This document shows, piece by piece, positions 27,623-41,361 of a DNA stretch of 64,000 nt. A program made the position numbers and the translations under genes. Below the pieces are notes generated by a model. It saw only the letters and a program-made list of their open reading frames with translations. It was not told the DNA's origin and made no database searches. The stretch lies in NCBI GenBank assembly GCA_964304625.1, contig OZ199839.1, positions 9,469,979 to 9,533,978 of the forward strand, written 5' to 3'. Origin of the DNA: Kudoa neothunni (Eukaryota > Animalia > Cnidaria). Position 1 is the first letter of the stretch, and each line of letters begins with the position of its first letter.

Positions 27623-27829
27623 GCCTGAGCGTGAGCTAGGGTCTTTGTACAATGTTTATACGTAACCATTTTTTTATATTGTAACATTTTAGCAAAATAT
27701 AATGAAAATAAAAAAATAGGGAGGAAAGGTTCCTTTTTATCCAGTAAAATGTCATAAATTACAAGAAAGATTTGGTTACGTAATAAACATTGGGCAAGGA
27801 CCCTGAGCGTAAGCCAGGGTTTGCGCTAG
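27623..27829 (+). mobile_element. Helitron-type 3' end (hairpin + CTAG) with an internal ~45-bp inverted repeat
   Basis: CCCTGAGCGTAAGCCAGGGTTTGCGCTAG|T is nearly the same end as at 11973. 27623-27667 is an imperfect inverted copy of 27774-27820. Confidence 0.6.
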
Positions 27830-29376
27830 TTATATATAAAATTTGTCTTAATTACTAACTCTTACTGTCACTTCTCTAGAGAACAGAAAATAATTTCTTA
27901 TTACGCAACACTTTTTTAAAATATAATAATTCATTAAGATAGTTTTCTGCATGTTTTTATTTAAACTCATCTAAAACTTATGATGAAAATAAAAAAATAA
28001 TTTTTATTATAATAAAATAGGATGTGTAAATTGCATTTCTTATTTGTTTAATTTTTGGTTGACAGAAATTATTAGTCTTATCATCAAGTTGTCTAAATAG
28101 TTTTCTCCTACAAATTAAGTCATGGATCGACTAGATTAGTCACATCTAACCTTTACATCATTGTCGAAAAAACTTGTTTTTATTAATATACGTTTGAGTG
28201 TAAATGCAAATAAAGTGGATAAATAGGAAAGATTAAATTACAAGGACCCACATTAAATTTTGCTTTGTTTGCAGGCGCTATGACGATTCGAGGGTACTTG
28301 ATGGGTCGTGGACACCTTGGACCTAATTCCCATTTTAATGCCCATTACCCGTCACCTACTGTATAATGTTTATTCGTTATATATTTATTAACACAAGGCC
28401 ACGCTTGGATTTTTTATAAATAAGAATAAAAAGAGTCTATATGATGAGCGGTATGGATTAAAATAATTTTCATTATTTTCCACGGGAAAAATTGATTCGG
28501 AATTCAAACACATTTCTAGATCGAATTATGGTCCGAAGTCGGAGGTTGCATCCTACATTATTCTTCATCAAACAACTACGTTTCATTTGGTTTTCTAGGA
28601 AAGAATTGTTCTGGGTTGTATTGATGCGTATTTTATGTTTAATAGTTTTTTTATATTTATGTAATTTCTATACGACATTCTATCGAAAAAATCCATTCGT
28701 AATTAAAACATAGAATAAAATTAAATTAAAATATTATTACACGATAAAAAAATCAGGTATAATAAAATATGTCGACATCGTTATTATATTTAGAAATATG
28801 TTAATTATCAATTAATTAAACTCACTCATTAATTTATAAATAGAGATCGCTGTTTTCGACATTTATTTTAAAAGAATTCGACAACTAAAATTTGTTTTAA
28901 TCGAAAATTGCAATCTGCATTAATAAAATTTATTTTTGAAATCTAAGAGTTTAGGATAAAAAATCTCAAAATATTTATTCACAAAATTCACGAAAACGTA
29001 ATTTTCCGTCAATTTTGAAATAAATTTTTATTTATTTAAAATGTATTAACAATAAAAATCAAAAAAAGTCTAGTTTTGTAAGTATTTTACTTTTTAATGT
29101 AATTATAAATTTATCAAGGGAGAAAATGTGATAAATTAAAAAATGTAAACATCTCTTGCACGACACTAATAATTACAATATACAATTGAAAAATCGTTTA
29201 AATAAATCTTTTAAATGCATATTACAAAACAAAAATTAAAAATATTTTAATGTAACATTATTTATTCTGACATAACACACTCAATTTAGAAAAATATAAC
29301 TATCTCAATCAAAAAATTTAAAATAAATAAAAAATCAGAAAGAAATACAACTGCGCGAAAAAATAACTAAAATAAG

Positions 29377-30106
29377 CTAGTGACTAAGTTGTTCTTTAGT
29401 GATTTGCAGCGCCTTCAAGAGAATTGAATCATTAATGGATCTTTCGGCGAACTGAAAAACAACATAAATTAGTATAATCTTCAATAGCAAAAAAATAATA
29501 CATAGCTTTCACAGTTGTTGATTACATTGGTGGTCTCAATCTCCAAAATAACCCCTAAAAATAAAAATGGTCAAAATATCCTCATCCTTTATTTGTAATA
29601 AGTACCCCGAATCAATAAATTCGTCCAAAATAATCAACAAAATATCGTAAAAAATTCAGCATATTTTCATGATCATAAGGTGGAGGAATAAATCTCATAA
29701 TGGTATCGATGAAAGAAGTGAGTAGTTGAGAAAGTAGAATCTTTCCCACAAAAATAAATATTTTATATATTTTTTCAAATCACACCCTACCTCATTCTCA
29801 CAGCTATCAGCTAGAATATAACAGAATAGGCTGGGCATTTTTTGGTACACAATCAGCGTGTTATCAACCACCAACGCTTCAACATTCTCCCCCGTGGAAT
29901 TCTGCTGTTGCTTCAATTTGTCTCTAATATCATCCAAATGTTTGAGAGAGTTCTGAAATTGTGTATCGTAGAATTTGCTAAGAATCGTTTTGTCATTTGA
30001 TTGTAGCACAATTGCTTTGATTGTTTTTAAATTTGGTGGCTAATTACGCAAATTTATGCACTAGGTTTCAGAAATTGGCCTAATTTACTGCGGCTTGAAA
30101 AACCAT
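29377..30106 (-). CDS. COPZ1: Coatomer subunit zeta; 5 exons; apparent +1 frameshift at 29649-29654
   Basis: MVFQAA|PPNLKTIKAIVLQSNDKTILSKFYD...IVYQ..SLFCYILADSCENE|ILLSQLL...ENMLNFYDILLIILDEFIDSG|VILEIET...|...LQITKEQLSH*. These are longin-fold sigma/zeta signatures with the zeta-type C-terminus. Confidence 0.88.
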
Positions 30107-30912
30107 CGCCTTCTCTCTAAATCTATCGATTTTTGTTGTTTATACGTCTTTTCGCGCATGCGTGTGATAATATCAATATTGCATATGCTGTTAATTTTTT
30201 TAATCTAAGTAGTTAGTTTTCATTCGAAAAACGTTTTTACAAATCAAATCTTTTTTGTATTACTAAAAAACTAATATCACAAGCTACAAATCCGTGCGTA
30301 CGCACAAACCCAATCCATAAATGACGGCATGACACAGCATTTTTCCAAACTGTTTTATTTAAATAAATTTTATTTAAATTAGCTTAAAATTTTTTAACAA
30401 AAATATCTTTATTTAAATAAACGGATAATCAAATAAACGAGGAAAATATATGACAGGTATACAGAAAATTACAGCTCAAATATTATCAAGCAATAAATCT
30501 CTCAAATATATATCGGGTTAACCGTAAGCAATTAGGCCTATGTGTTAATTACTATATTTAAAAGATTGCGCATGCACTCTTTCGTACTAACATTATCAAA
30601 GTTTTATCTGATTGTATTGGTTTAGAAACGTGTAAGGACATTTTGTAAAAATTCCACACAAGAATATGTCACACGGGTCCCCAAATCAAATCTATCAGTG
30701 TCTGATCAATTACATAATCAATATAAAAAGATCATGTTTGAAAACCCAACAGTCAGTCAAAACAGTAATTTATTCAACTTATTTTACAAAATTTATTATA
30801 TTGTTGAGTTGGATAGCGATTTTTGGTGGGTGTTAAATCGCGAATTTGTAGATAGAAATTCGCAATTTTAAAACTTTTTTGCACAAACTTATTACAATAT
30901 TGTTGAATTTAG

Positions 30913-33900
30913 GTGGCTGAAGAACTTGAACGTCACATAACTGAATTGTATAAACAAAATTTTTTCGAATCTGCCCCAAAACCATTAGCCATTCGTGAAA
31001 TAAACGATTTACTTCTAATGGTTATCAATTCGAAAAATGTGAACCTTCTCAAAGGGTATTTTGAATTGTTGAGTGGTATGGCAAGTTATGGACTATTGAA
31101 TGAGGTAGGGGTCATCTATATTTTGGATTCTATAATGTTGGTTTACGCGTGTATTATAAGGGATTAAATCGCAACATTTAACGCAATTTTTTAAACTCTC
31201 AGCAAATATACAAAATCCAATATATTTATGTAGAATAACTTGGCGGAGGTTATTGAACAGTTTTTCAATGTGTATCACAATTTTGAGGGAGGGTACCGGA
31301 ACTCGTCCCAAAGACGCTAAAATAGTTCGCGCTGCGTCTGTAAAAGATATCAACTTGAATAAGGACAGGAGTCAAAATTCGGCCCAATCATCTCCCAACT
31401 ATTCTACAAATAACGGTAATGATGAATAATTGGTTGGTGTTATCGAGCGTTGTTTCAGAGTTTATCGATGGGATGTGTTCGCCTATGAAAATGTTGCAGA
31501 TTGTTTTCTGTCTGTCGTCCACTTGCAAAATGAGCGGCCAATTACTAGCGCGTTATATTTCTTTTACTTTTCTTCTTTCTTCGATCGACAATAAAAATAT
31601 CAAGTCGACCTCCAACGCATTACTCCTTCAGCTCACGTCCAATGTAATGAAAACCGCCTTCCATTCTCTTTCTGCTGAAAATGATGAGAGTTCCACCACT
31701 CCCCAAAATCAACAGGAGAACGAAGATGCCGTCAACTTTATGACAGATATAGGCCGGTTGTTGCTCGACCAACCAACAAAATGGTTGGTTGATTTACCTA
31801 AAAGTTTCCAATGTTATGCCCCCTATTTTTTGGTGGCCGAGCAGATGGTGAATGAGCTGGGTGACTTGGCACCAAACAACCGCCAAATCCACTCCATCCT
31901 CAAATCGAACATTAATCGTGGTGTTGCTAGGTCGATTAAACGAAGATCTCATCAATCTTAACAGCGTCCCAAGCCTGACTAAACGAGTTTCTGATGTTAG
32001 TTCCAACTCTTCTACTTCAAACATACAATCACAACACTCTAAGATCCGTGATGAGCTGTGTTCTAGTAACCAAAGCATACACAAGCTATTAGTTTCTATT
32101 GTACAAGAAATTCACATTCTCGCCACGGTATTCAAGTTCACTTACGAATTGGATGTAAGCTTTACCTGATTAACAACTATTGTTGTGGCATAACTAACGT
32201 ATATGTAGAGAGAGTTGGTGGACGAATATCTAAGTTGTTTATTGAAAATTTTGAAATATGCCCCTACCTACATCAAAAATTTTGCACTACAATGTCTTAT
32301 CAAACTAATTGGAAACTCTATGTTGGTGAGGTAATTGAAATATTTGGCGGAATAAAGTGTTACATGGTTGATCTCCATTTTAGACAACATTTTGAGGGGT
32401 ATTAAAGCAATATGTATAGAGGTGGCATCCAGTTGCTATTGTGCGCTTGCATACGAATTTTCCGGTGTTAATCATAATGCGCCCAAGATAGACGAACATC
32501 ATCACCCTCACATCGTTACCTCACCAGTGAGTGGCGAATGTCACGACATGAGCCCAGACCTCCAATCTAACCAATAAATATTCGCAAAAAGATGACATGC
32601 TTTGGAGTGTGCTCGACGCCTTTTTGATGAGCAACAGCAAATCCGAATTGTACTATTTTACATACAGATTCCAACATTTGTATTTATTTAGACTCGAAAA
32701 ACATGATTTCCCGGCGGATATTACTCTCCAGTCATGTGCTGCTAATCACGACTCCTACCTTGCGGTGCTGATATCATTGAAAACCCTTTTCATGATAGAT
32801 CTTTTGAAAGTTCTACGCAAACTGATACTAACCCTCAATAGTGAAGGTTATTCTCTTCGTAGTAGCAACTTTCGAATAGCGTTTTTTTAGAACAACCTGA
32901 TATCAGTGTCGTCCTCAAATCGATTCATACATCCATTCAGTTGCTGTTTAATCAGTGGTAAGTTAATTTCATTTGAGGGCGATTTTTAAATTGTTTTTTA
33001 AATAGCGATGACACCTACACAGATGTGTTGGACATATTGATGGAGAATCTATCAGTCTGTGTATCTGTCGCACTTGATCTCGCCAGTGAAAACTACATTT
33101 TCCAACGACTTTTCATCACATCACTTTGTGATTGTGCGATTGTCAAAACTGAAGAAGCCAGCCGCAATGTATGCTAATTCCTTTGAATTTGTTGTTCATT
33201 TGCTTTTGATAAGCGGAAATTTTGATCTTAATCCATTCTGCCAAATTTTCGCTACATTTTGATGTCTCCAAAAAATATATTTAATTTTTATAACATTTTA
33301 ATTCCCATATCGGAAACTTTTGGCGAGAATTACAAGAATTTTCCAATGAAATAATTTATATGTAAATTTATAAATAAATATGAGTTTGTGGTAAATGTTT
33401 TAAAAAATGGTTATAAAAATTGGGTGAAAAATTTGGAGATTTGCGTATCGTTTTCAATAATCTTGAATTTACATCATATATTGTAATGTAATTAATTTTA
33501 TTAAATAACTTTTTTAAATCTTGATTTAAAGTTATACTTTAAAAGATTTACCCTTTAAAGTTTTTTAATAACAGAAAAATTCTAATTTTTAACTAATGTT
33601 AGTATTTAATGAATAGATCTAGATTTAGATTAAGTGTTTAGAATCTACTATCATTGAATAATAAAAGATTAATAATATTATTTAAGTGTTTGTTGATTGA
33701 TAGGTTTTAAATGCAATATTAAAATTTTAAATTGATTAGTTTTTATAAAAATTGCTTTTAAACAAAAATAATTTAAAAATTGTTCAAGCTAGGCTAGCAT
33801 TTTGATACGCGTATTGTAGGATAGTTTATGATCAATCCAAGTCAAAACTTTGATATCATAATATTAAATATTGAGGTTAACGGGGTTCAACAACCGTAGA

Positions 33901-36900
33901 CGATTTTTTAATTTAAATAAGAAGTCATAATAATCTATTTTACGATTATATGATTATCTTTTATAATTTAGAATATTTTTTATACGAATTAGAAAAACCT
34001 CATATTGTTATTACACCGAAGGTAATTTGTAATAAACATGAAATTATGTATCTAAAGAATTTTAAATCATTATTTTCTATAATGTGTTTAAAAATATATT
34101 TAGCCAATATAGAAATTTAGAGAAGAACAAAAATATTTTTTCACTTTTGGACTCCAATGACGTCCTATGCACAAAATGTTTGGTTTATCAATGATAAAAA
34201 CTATTTTTAATTATACAATATTTATATTAGAAATATTGTTATAAAATAATAAATTTTTAAATGAATATCAAGCGATGTTAATTGAGTCGATTTCAATTTA
34301 ATTAACCTTAAGAATTAAAAAATAGATTAAAATATTTATCATGCGAGTTGTCATATAATTTATTAGTTAAGTCATTGAGATGAAGTGAAAATAATTTTAT
34401 TTCCATCATCAATATCTACATCAGCTTAATTTATGTTTAAAAACCATTATTTCTGAAAATGTTTAAAAAAATCGAAATTTTTAATTGTAAAGAAATATCA
34501 ATTTTATGACAAAAACACTTTTTTAATAAAAAATCCTCATATATTATTTTTTTATTAATACAAAAAAGTTTCACAATAAAAATACCTTAATTTTAAAAGT
34601 TTTAAATAAGCTAATTAGACTGATGATTCATTTTCAAAAATGGCACACGATGTTTAAACCTCAATATTAATATATCACGAATTTAGATTCAGAATGATAA
34701 CTTTAAATAAAGAAATCGAAGTTTTACCTTCATCAAATTATTAATTTTAATTTATAATACAGAAACTCGCTCTTTATAACCAGTCCATTTTAAATGAATA
34801 TTAAGATCATAAAAAATTGTATTACTTTTATATTTATTTTATACTTATTTGATTATTAGCTCTATATGTTTAAACTTACGTATATCCTTATTTATAACAA
34901 TATTCATATACTCGTTATCTTCTATAATTCAAAAAATTTTTGCATGTGTTTCGAAATGACCATGCGGTAGGCAATATGTCGTAAGATGTAGCTAGGAGAG
35001 TGATTGAAGGAATTTATTCAGAACCGCGCACAGCGTTAATCTGTTTTTCTAAAATGATCCAGTTTTATTTTTATGTATTCATAATTTTATATAATTCGGA
35101 GATAAGAAATAAAATTATACAAAGAATTTTTACGTTTTAGTAGGAATTTTGAGACCTCAAATTCACTTTGGTTCAAATAATCCCTAACATATTTTATTTT
35201 TTTATATTTTTATCGATTTTTCAATTTTTCAATTTTTGATGCCAACATTAGAAATTATTAAATTAAGAGATTGTGAACTAATTAGTTCCTTCATGTAGGA
35301 GTCAACCAAGCAACACATAGCCACAATGGCCATATTTGATCTTCTTGCTCAACATCCAATTCTCATCGATAGTGCAACCAATGTTGTTATTGATAGTATT
35401 AAAATAAAAATATTTCAGTATGATTGGCCTATATCATATGTGTTATATGATGTGGTTGGTGTGGCGGATCTCACAAACAAATGGTCCTCATGTTCGTTTG
35501 TTTCACCTTTTGACGAACCGCCAAAATCGCTACTAACCAAATATTCTTCCAAATTGGTATCGATACAATTTCATTTGTACGATTGATTTTGAATGTGTTT
35601 CTAGACTAAGAATGTAACTATCAAAAATAAACTCACATTTCAATCCTATAAAAATATTCTTGGTTCTCTGAGGTTGTTTTATTAAATACTTCGAATTGTA
35701 TTGTAACACAAAGTTCTGTTATATAATGTAGGAAACTCGGCGATGAACAATTTCAAGGGACCGTTGGTAAAATGATAGACTACATATTCGGCAAGTATAT
35801 CCGTGGTAAACCCTCATTTAGAAACAAAAATCTGGATGTTGTTCAATTTGCTATTGGATTCTCATTCGACATTCTTTTCACTAATCTAAACAGACTTGAA
35901 TTGGTGTTTGAGTACACTGGCCATTTACTGCATTTGTCCCAGTACGGTGATGTGTTGCAATCCTTTGGTGCTGTATGTGTTGGATATCTGTACGCTTCTT
36001 ATATCGATTATTGTTTAATTCCATCATCCAACACCAGCGTGTGTTCATCGGCCCATCTCACTAGCCGGAGCATTTGTTTGAAAAATGCATTGATGTTTCT
36101 TTATGAAACCACCGCCTCACTTCTTACTATCAACACTATTAATGTAGATATGACTGCCGATGCCAATCATATTGATGAAAACCTTCTCAAACACATTCTC
36201 TTTCTATTGGCTTATACTGTTGATAGATGTGTATCGATCTTTGATTGTCGTTTGTTTCGGCTGTTGATACAAATTTTTGATAAAATTGCACTAACCTATT
36301 CATATCCAATTCCCCTTACGGACGATAGGAGCTTTCGTTTGCTGAACGTTGAACGTTTGAAGGATTCATCTCAAATGATAATTCAACAGATATACACTAT
36401 TGTTCACAAGATAGTAAATCATCATCTATCAATTATGTTTCCGCCCGAGCAGCTTATTGCGGTAACTGAAGGATGTTCTGTTGAGACTAACGCTGATAAT
36501 AACGAGGGGAGTCATACCAAAGAGTTGTTTCGAATTATTTCTTCAGATGTTGGGTCATTTTGTTATTGTTTGTCCAGATCTCAATAAATCGTTATCATCT
36601 GTGGGATTTGTGTTGAATATCTGTGACTACATGAGAGTCAGTAGTAGTGAAACTTCACAGTCACCCTCCACCAACCAAACTATTGATTTTTTATGGGATT
36701 GCATTTTTGATTCGTTGTGTCAAATGTGTTTCGACTATCGTGGAGCTGTTAGGAAATGCGCTGTTCACACCATTCTTTCAGTCTTTCAAGTGCATAACTC
36801 GATCATTTCGGTAGATTGTTACGTGAAATTAGCCATCAAACACATTTTCCCTTCTATCTCTATGATGCTGTATTTTTACGATCGATACATTGCGAGTATT

Positions 36901-39596
36901 GAGTCAACTGATCTGCTCAATAAATCCAATGTTGAACACCTGCTACTACATAATCTTCTTCTTACGTTCAAAAAGGATAATGAACTTATTGTTCATCATA
37001 CTCGAAACACCTTTGAAAAACAATGGCTGGAAACGTACATTAGTTTTTCCTCGGAAATAACAACAGAAATTTGCCAAAATCCAAAATCCTATGTCGCCAA
37101 TGACACTTTACTGCACTGTCTTGACAATGTAACTACTATTGTAAGTTGACAATTGTGTCTAATTGATTTTAACTACATATTAATTCTTATTTCTATGTAG
37201 AACCTCGCCAATCCCATTCTCATACATTATTTCCTCTATGAAATGAGCATGTCGTTCAAACTTATTCAGTCGAACATGAATGGCGACCTACTCAAAAACT
37301 TTTGTTCTGTTCTTAATAAATGTGTTTCCTACGGCAGCTTTACGAATGGTCGCAAAATAATTGCTCCGTAGATTCTTGTAATCTCTATTTCTCATTTTAT
37401 ATGAATATTTTTTATTAATTATTCTCTATTAACGAATAACCAATATTTGGGTTTTTAGATGATTTCCAAGAATTGCCACCAACATACGATGATTCAGTAA
37501 TTGACGAGACCACGTTTAAAGCGTACAAAATGGCCAACCAATCGATGAATGATGAAAAAAATGAGAGTTATGGTAGTGGTGGCATTGAAGGAGTGAAAAA
37601 CTTTTTGGTGATTGCTAACGATCCCACTTATTGGTTGTTCTGTTGGGATATCTGGAACAGTATAATTTTTGATCACATTTTCACCCAAGTCATGCAAGAA
37701 ACTCATGAGCATATATCGGTTTGTGTTGTAAATGTGTTATCGAATACGCTTGGGAAAATACTTGAATATTTACCTCCTGAAATTGTTGCTTCAAATAAAG
37801 CGACCATCTTCACTTTTGTGGTTTTTCTTTACGACTTCAAACCAATTCAAACATCCGTTAGGCGTTTTGATTCCAACTTTTGTTTCTACTATAAAAAACC
37901 TACTGCTCTCAATGTAACTCATGTGAGTGTATATTTCATTCTTAAACAACTATGCAAACGGTTGTGTCCGTTCGACGGGACAAAAATTTGAGGCGCTATC
38001 GCAAATAATCAAAACAATAGAAAATTGCCTGCTTTTTATATTGGGAAAAATTGCGGTCTGCAAACAATGGTTTACTGGAGCCACCATTGGAGAAGTTTCA
38101 CCTTCCAATTCCCAATCAAAATTCGGGCTTCCAGACGACAAGCAAAAGTTATGCCTCAATGATATACTTCAACTCATTATTCTCAACTCAAGCAGCTTTG
38201 AACAGCCAAATATTCCCCAATCACAAAAATTCTTATCCAGTAGATTGTGTCTCATCCATTTATGTATTCTTCTTGATACAAATTTGGTCTGTTCGCTAGA
38301 TCAAATCGATGAAATTTCAATAATCTTTGATTCTTATTTAAATGTATTATTCATATTTACGTAAATAGATTTGATATTGCTTGATGTTTAGATATTTTCA
38401 ATAATAATTTTAAATCATCAAAACGCGGTTGGTAAAGAATTGTCCTTAGTTGCACTACGTTCGGTGTTTGTTGCGGTTGAACATTTATCTTCAATGATCA
38501 CATCAAAAATCGACGTTTATTTGCGTAAGAAATAAATTCATTCGTTCTTAAATTGTATTTCACATATTTGTTATAATTGTAGCTTCTCTTAAAAACTTGG
38601 TAGATGTTATTAATAAACGCCTGTTTCAGCCACAAACAACGTATCACTAGTTTTTGTGAAAATAAACAGGATTCTAATATTCATTATAGTAAAATCTCTT
38701 CAAAATCAGAAGTCAATGCAATAAAAACGGTTATGGAAACTGAGGTTTGTTGTGTTTAATAGTTGAAGAAAATTAATTTTTAAATATTTAAGATGGTTCA
38801 GTTTTTATCCACCACACTTATTGATCTCATTCCGAATGTCGATGATGAAATTCTCTCACAAATTACAGATACATTACTTCAAGGATTTCAAAACGCTGAC
38901 AATAATCTCCCCTCCCTTGATAAGGCATCATTTTTACAAAGATAATGCCAACATAGAGAATCAGGAAACTAACACGGATCTACGTGATAATTGTTTTGAC
39001 GCTCTGGTCATACTTTCTTTTAAACTAATCGAACGTATTTTTGTGTTTCCGCTCCAGATTTTAATAGTAATTTTGCTAGGAAATCCGGATTATTCCACCA
39101 ATCAACTAGCCAATTCCACACTCCAAAAACTTGTCTCCTCCTGTTGTGATTGCTTAGAAAATTTGAGAAACCTCCCCGATATTAGCACACCCAACTCTAG
39201 AAGTTCAGGCTCTCAAACTCCAATCTCAACCAAGTGACTAATTATTATCTAATATTTGAGGAAATTGAATTAACATGCATGTATCACTAATTATTGTAGT
39301 CGATCCACCATTTTTACCCTTAAAAGTGCTAACACTGCCCTCAGAGGAACCAAACTGATTATTCAAAGTATTAAAAGTGTTATTGTGCAAAATAAACAAT
39401 CTGATAATGGTACTTCTGCTTAAGTCAAATACTTGCTTCATCCATTTTAGATTTGAAATGTTTTCTTCGTGCTCAATGTGGGATTCTCTATGATGCCATT
39501 GTCAAATCCATTTTGATCGATTATCACACTATACGAGTCCTTTTGTATGATGTTCTACAAGAATTTTCCGAAATTATCAAAGAAGATATATTATAA
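30913..39596 (+). CDS. MON2: MON2-like (Sec7-family-related HEAT protein), many exons; true start lies upstream (~30570-30900, unresolved)
   Basis: N-terminal DCB-like LLLMVINSKNVNLLKGYFELL, then KMLQI and STSNALLLQL. DLNKSLSSVGFVLNICDY, LCQMCFDYRGAVRKCAVHTILS and LIVHHTRNTFEKQWLET match MON2 motifs (IHHSRDTAEKQWAET). The last exon ends at TAA 39594-39596. There is a ~2-kb intron at about 33.2-35.3 kb. Confidence 0.85.
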
Positions 39597-39949
39597 TTTT
39601 TAAAAATGATATTTTTACCTTAAATTCCTCTAAAATTCCTTTCGTGTTATTTTCTGCCGCATAAGCTATATTCGAGTGATTTCTTTTGTGTCTTAAAGTT
39701 TTTATTTTTTTCATAGCTTAAATTGCTTAGGGGCTTATGATTAACTTCATGGGATTACAACACACTTTATAGATTACGTACATACAGATACTTACCATCA
39801 CACTCAGTTTTTTTCTATTTGCTGTAGACACCTAAACTTCCCATTAATGTAATATTAATGTATAATTGATTTTTTGACTTTAGCAATTATCGCGTTTCAT
39901 ATTTATTGAAATTAACTAATTGATTATAGTAGTTAAAATTTAATTAAAT

Positions 39950-40152
39950 AAAGCGTGCGAATTAAATAATTCAATGGGATAATGGGCGCAAAGTATTTAA
40001 GTAAATTGTTAAAAGTATGCATAGTGTTTACGTTAATTGAGTAGAGCGTGCGAATTACATACTTCAATAGAATATTGGATGCAAGGTATTTAGTTTAATT
40101 GTTAAGAGTATATGTATAGTATTTATGCTAATTTGGTAGATCGTGCGAATTC
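39950..40152. repeat. Imperfect ~92-bp tandem repeat (2-3 copies, core CGTGCGAATT)
   Basis: The core recurs at ~39955, ~40047 and ~40142, with similar GCAAnGTATTTA..TAATTGTTAA.AGTAT..ATAGT segments between. Confidence 0.7.
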
Positions 40153-40419
40153 CACGGTCAATTAAAATATTAGATAAAAAGTGGTGAAATACAATGGGCG
40201 GCGGTTCGTACTTTCTATGACTGCGCGCGCGATATTGATTTATGGGGTAAATACTATAAATCAACGGTAATGGGGGACAGCGTTACCATCCCCAATGTGA
40301 TAAATCCGAATTTTTTGTAAAAACGGAACTAATATTTAATTATATGTATGGATATTACGTTAATTTATAATTAACTCAGAAACTTCAATTTTATGACGTC
40401 ATTTTGTCAATGTGTTGAA

Positions 40420-40700
40420 AAAATTCCTCATTAGAACAAGATTATCTAATGTATAGCACAACGTTCTATTTCATCTGATTTTTTCGATAATTCCAGATGA
40501 GAAAATGAGATTTCCGGAGAAGCGTTAATCAGAGCTAGAGGAAGTAAAGATGTGCTGTATTTTCCGATAGAATTAAATTTATTTGCCAAAAAAGGCGATT
40601 GTTAAGAAATTAATCGAACAAACTTTGTTTTTGAGCCTATTAAACTAATTTAATTTCAATTTATTGCGTTACAGCTTTTCGTTCGATTTTTGAATAACAC
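40420..40700 (-). mobile_element. hAT transposase C-terminal (dimerization domain) remnant
   Basis: Diverged copy of 57360-57650; encodes ..LPLALINASPE.SFS..RNRTLCYTLDNL. Confidence 0.6.
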
Positions 40701-41361
40701 ATAATAATTATACCTAGATGAGGTTTTATTTTTATGCGCGACCATTTATTCATTAAAATTACGGAAAATTAGTCAAGTAGATAATATTTAGTTAAATTTT
40801 AATTTTTTTAGGTAATACCTAAAATTAGAATTTTTGGAAATTGATAACAAACACTTGTAATGATAACTTAGCATTGGATACCACTAACATCAGTCTTTTT
40901 AAAATCAATCACAAAAATCTCTTCGTAATAATCCCAAAATGGTTTACGGTCATGATAAAACTGTGTTTTAGCTCGCTATGTATAGTATAAAAATCCAAAA
41001 TATTGATCTTAACAGGAGCATAACATTTAAAAATGCGTTCATTTTAATAAATTTTTGACATATTTTTTAAGCTCAATTTTTGTATAACGTGGGCTTTAAG
41101 GTTTATTAAAATTTCTAATTGTATTTTGCGTGTTATGAATTTCTACTGTAGATATTTTAATTTGAAATAAAGCATTGTTCCAAGTATAAAATTTTCTACT
41201 CGAAGATTTCTCCTAATGAAATCAGCAACGATTACATCCATTTTTTGTTAATTTGCAAAAACTCCTTATCTTTGAAACATTTTATTACGATTATTCAGTC
41301 TTTCGAAGAACAAGAGTAAAAATCGGACAAAAAAAGACACGGAAAAAAATCGGGCACGGTT

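Noticed and set aside
36420-36590. MON2 frame change as a programmed frameshift
   Set aside because: Candidate short introns lie in this region; it cannot be distinguished from splicing or a G-run error without reads.
39950-40152. CRISPR-like repeat-spacer pattern
   Set aside because: The spacers resemble each other, there are only ~3 units, the context is eukaryotic and no cas genes are present.
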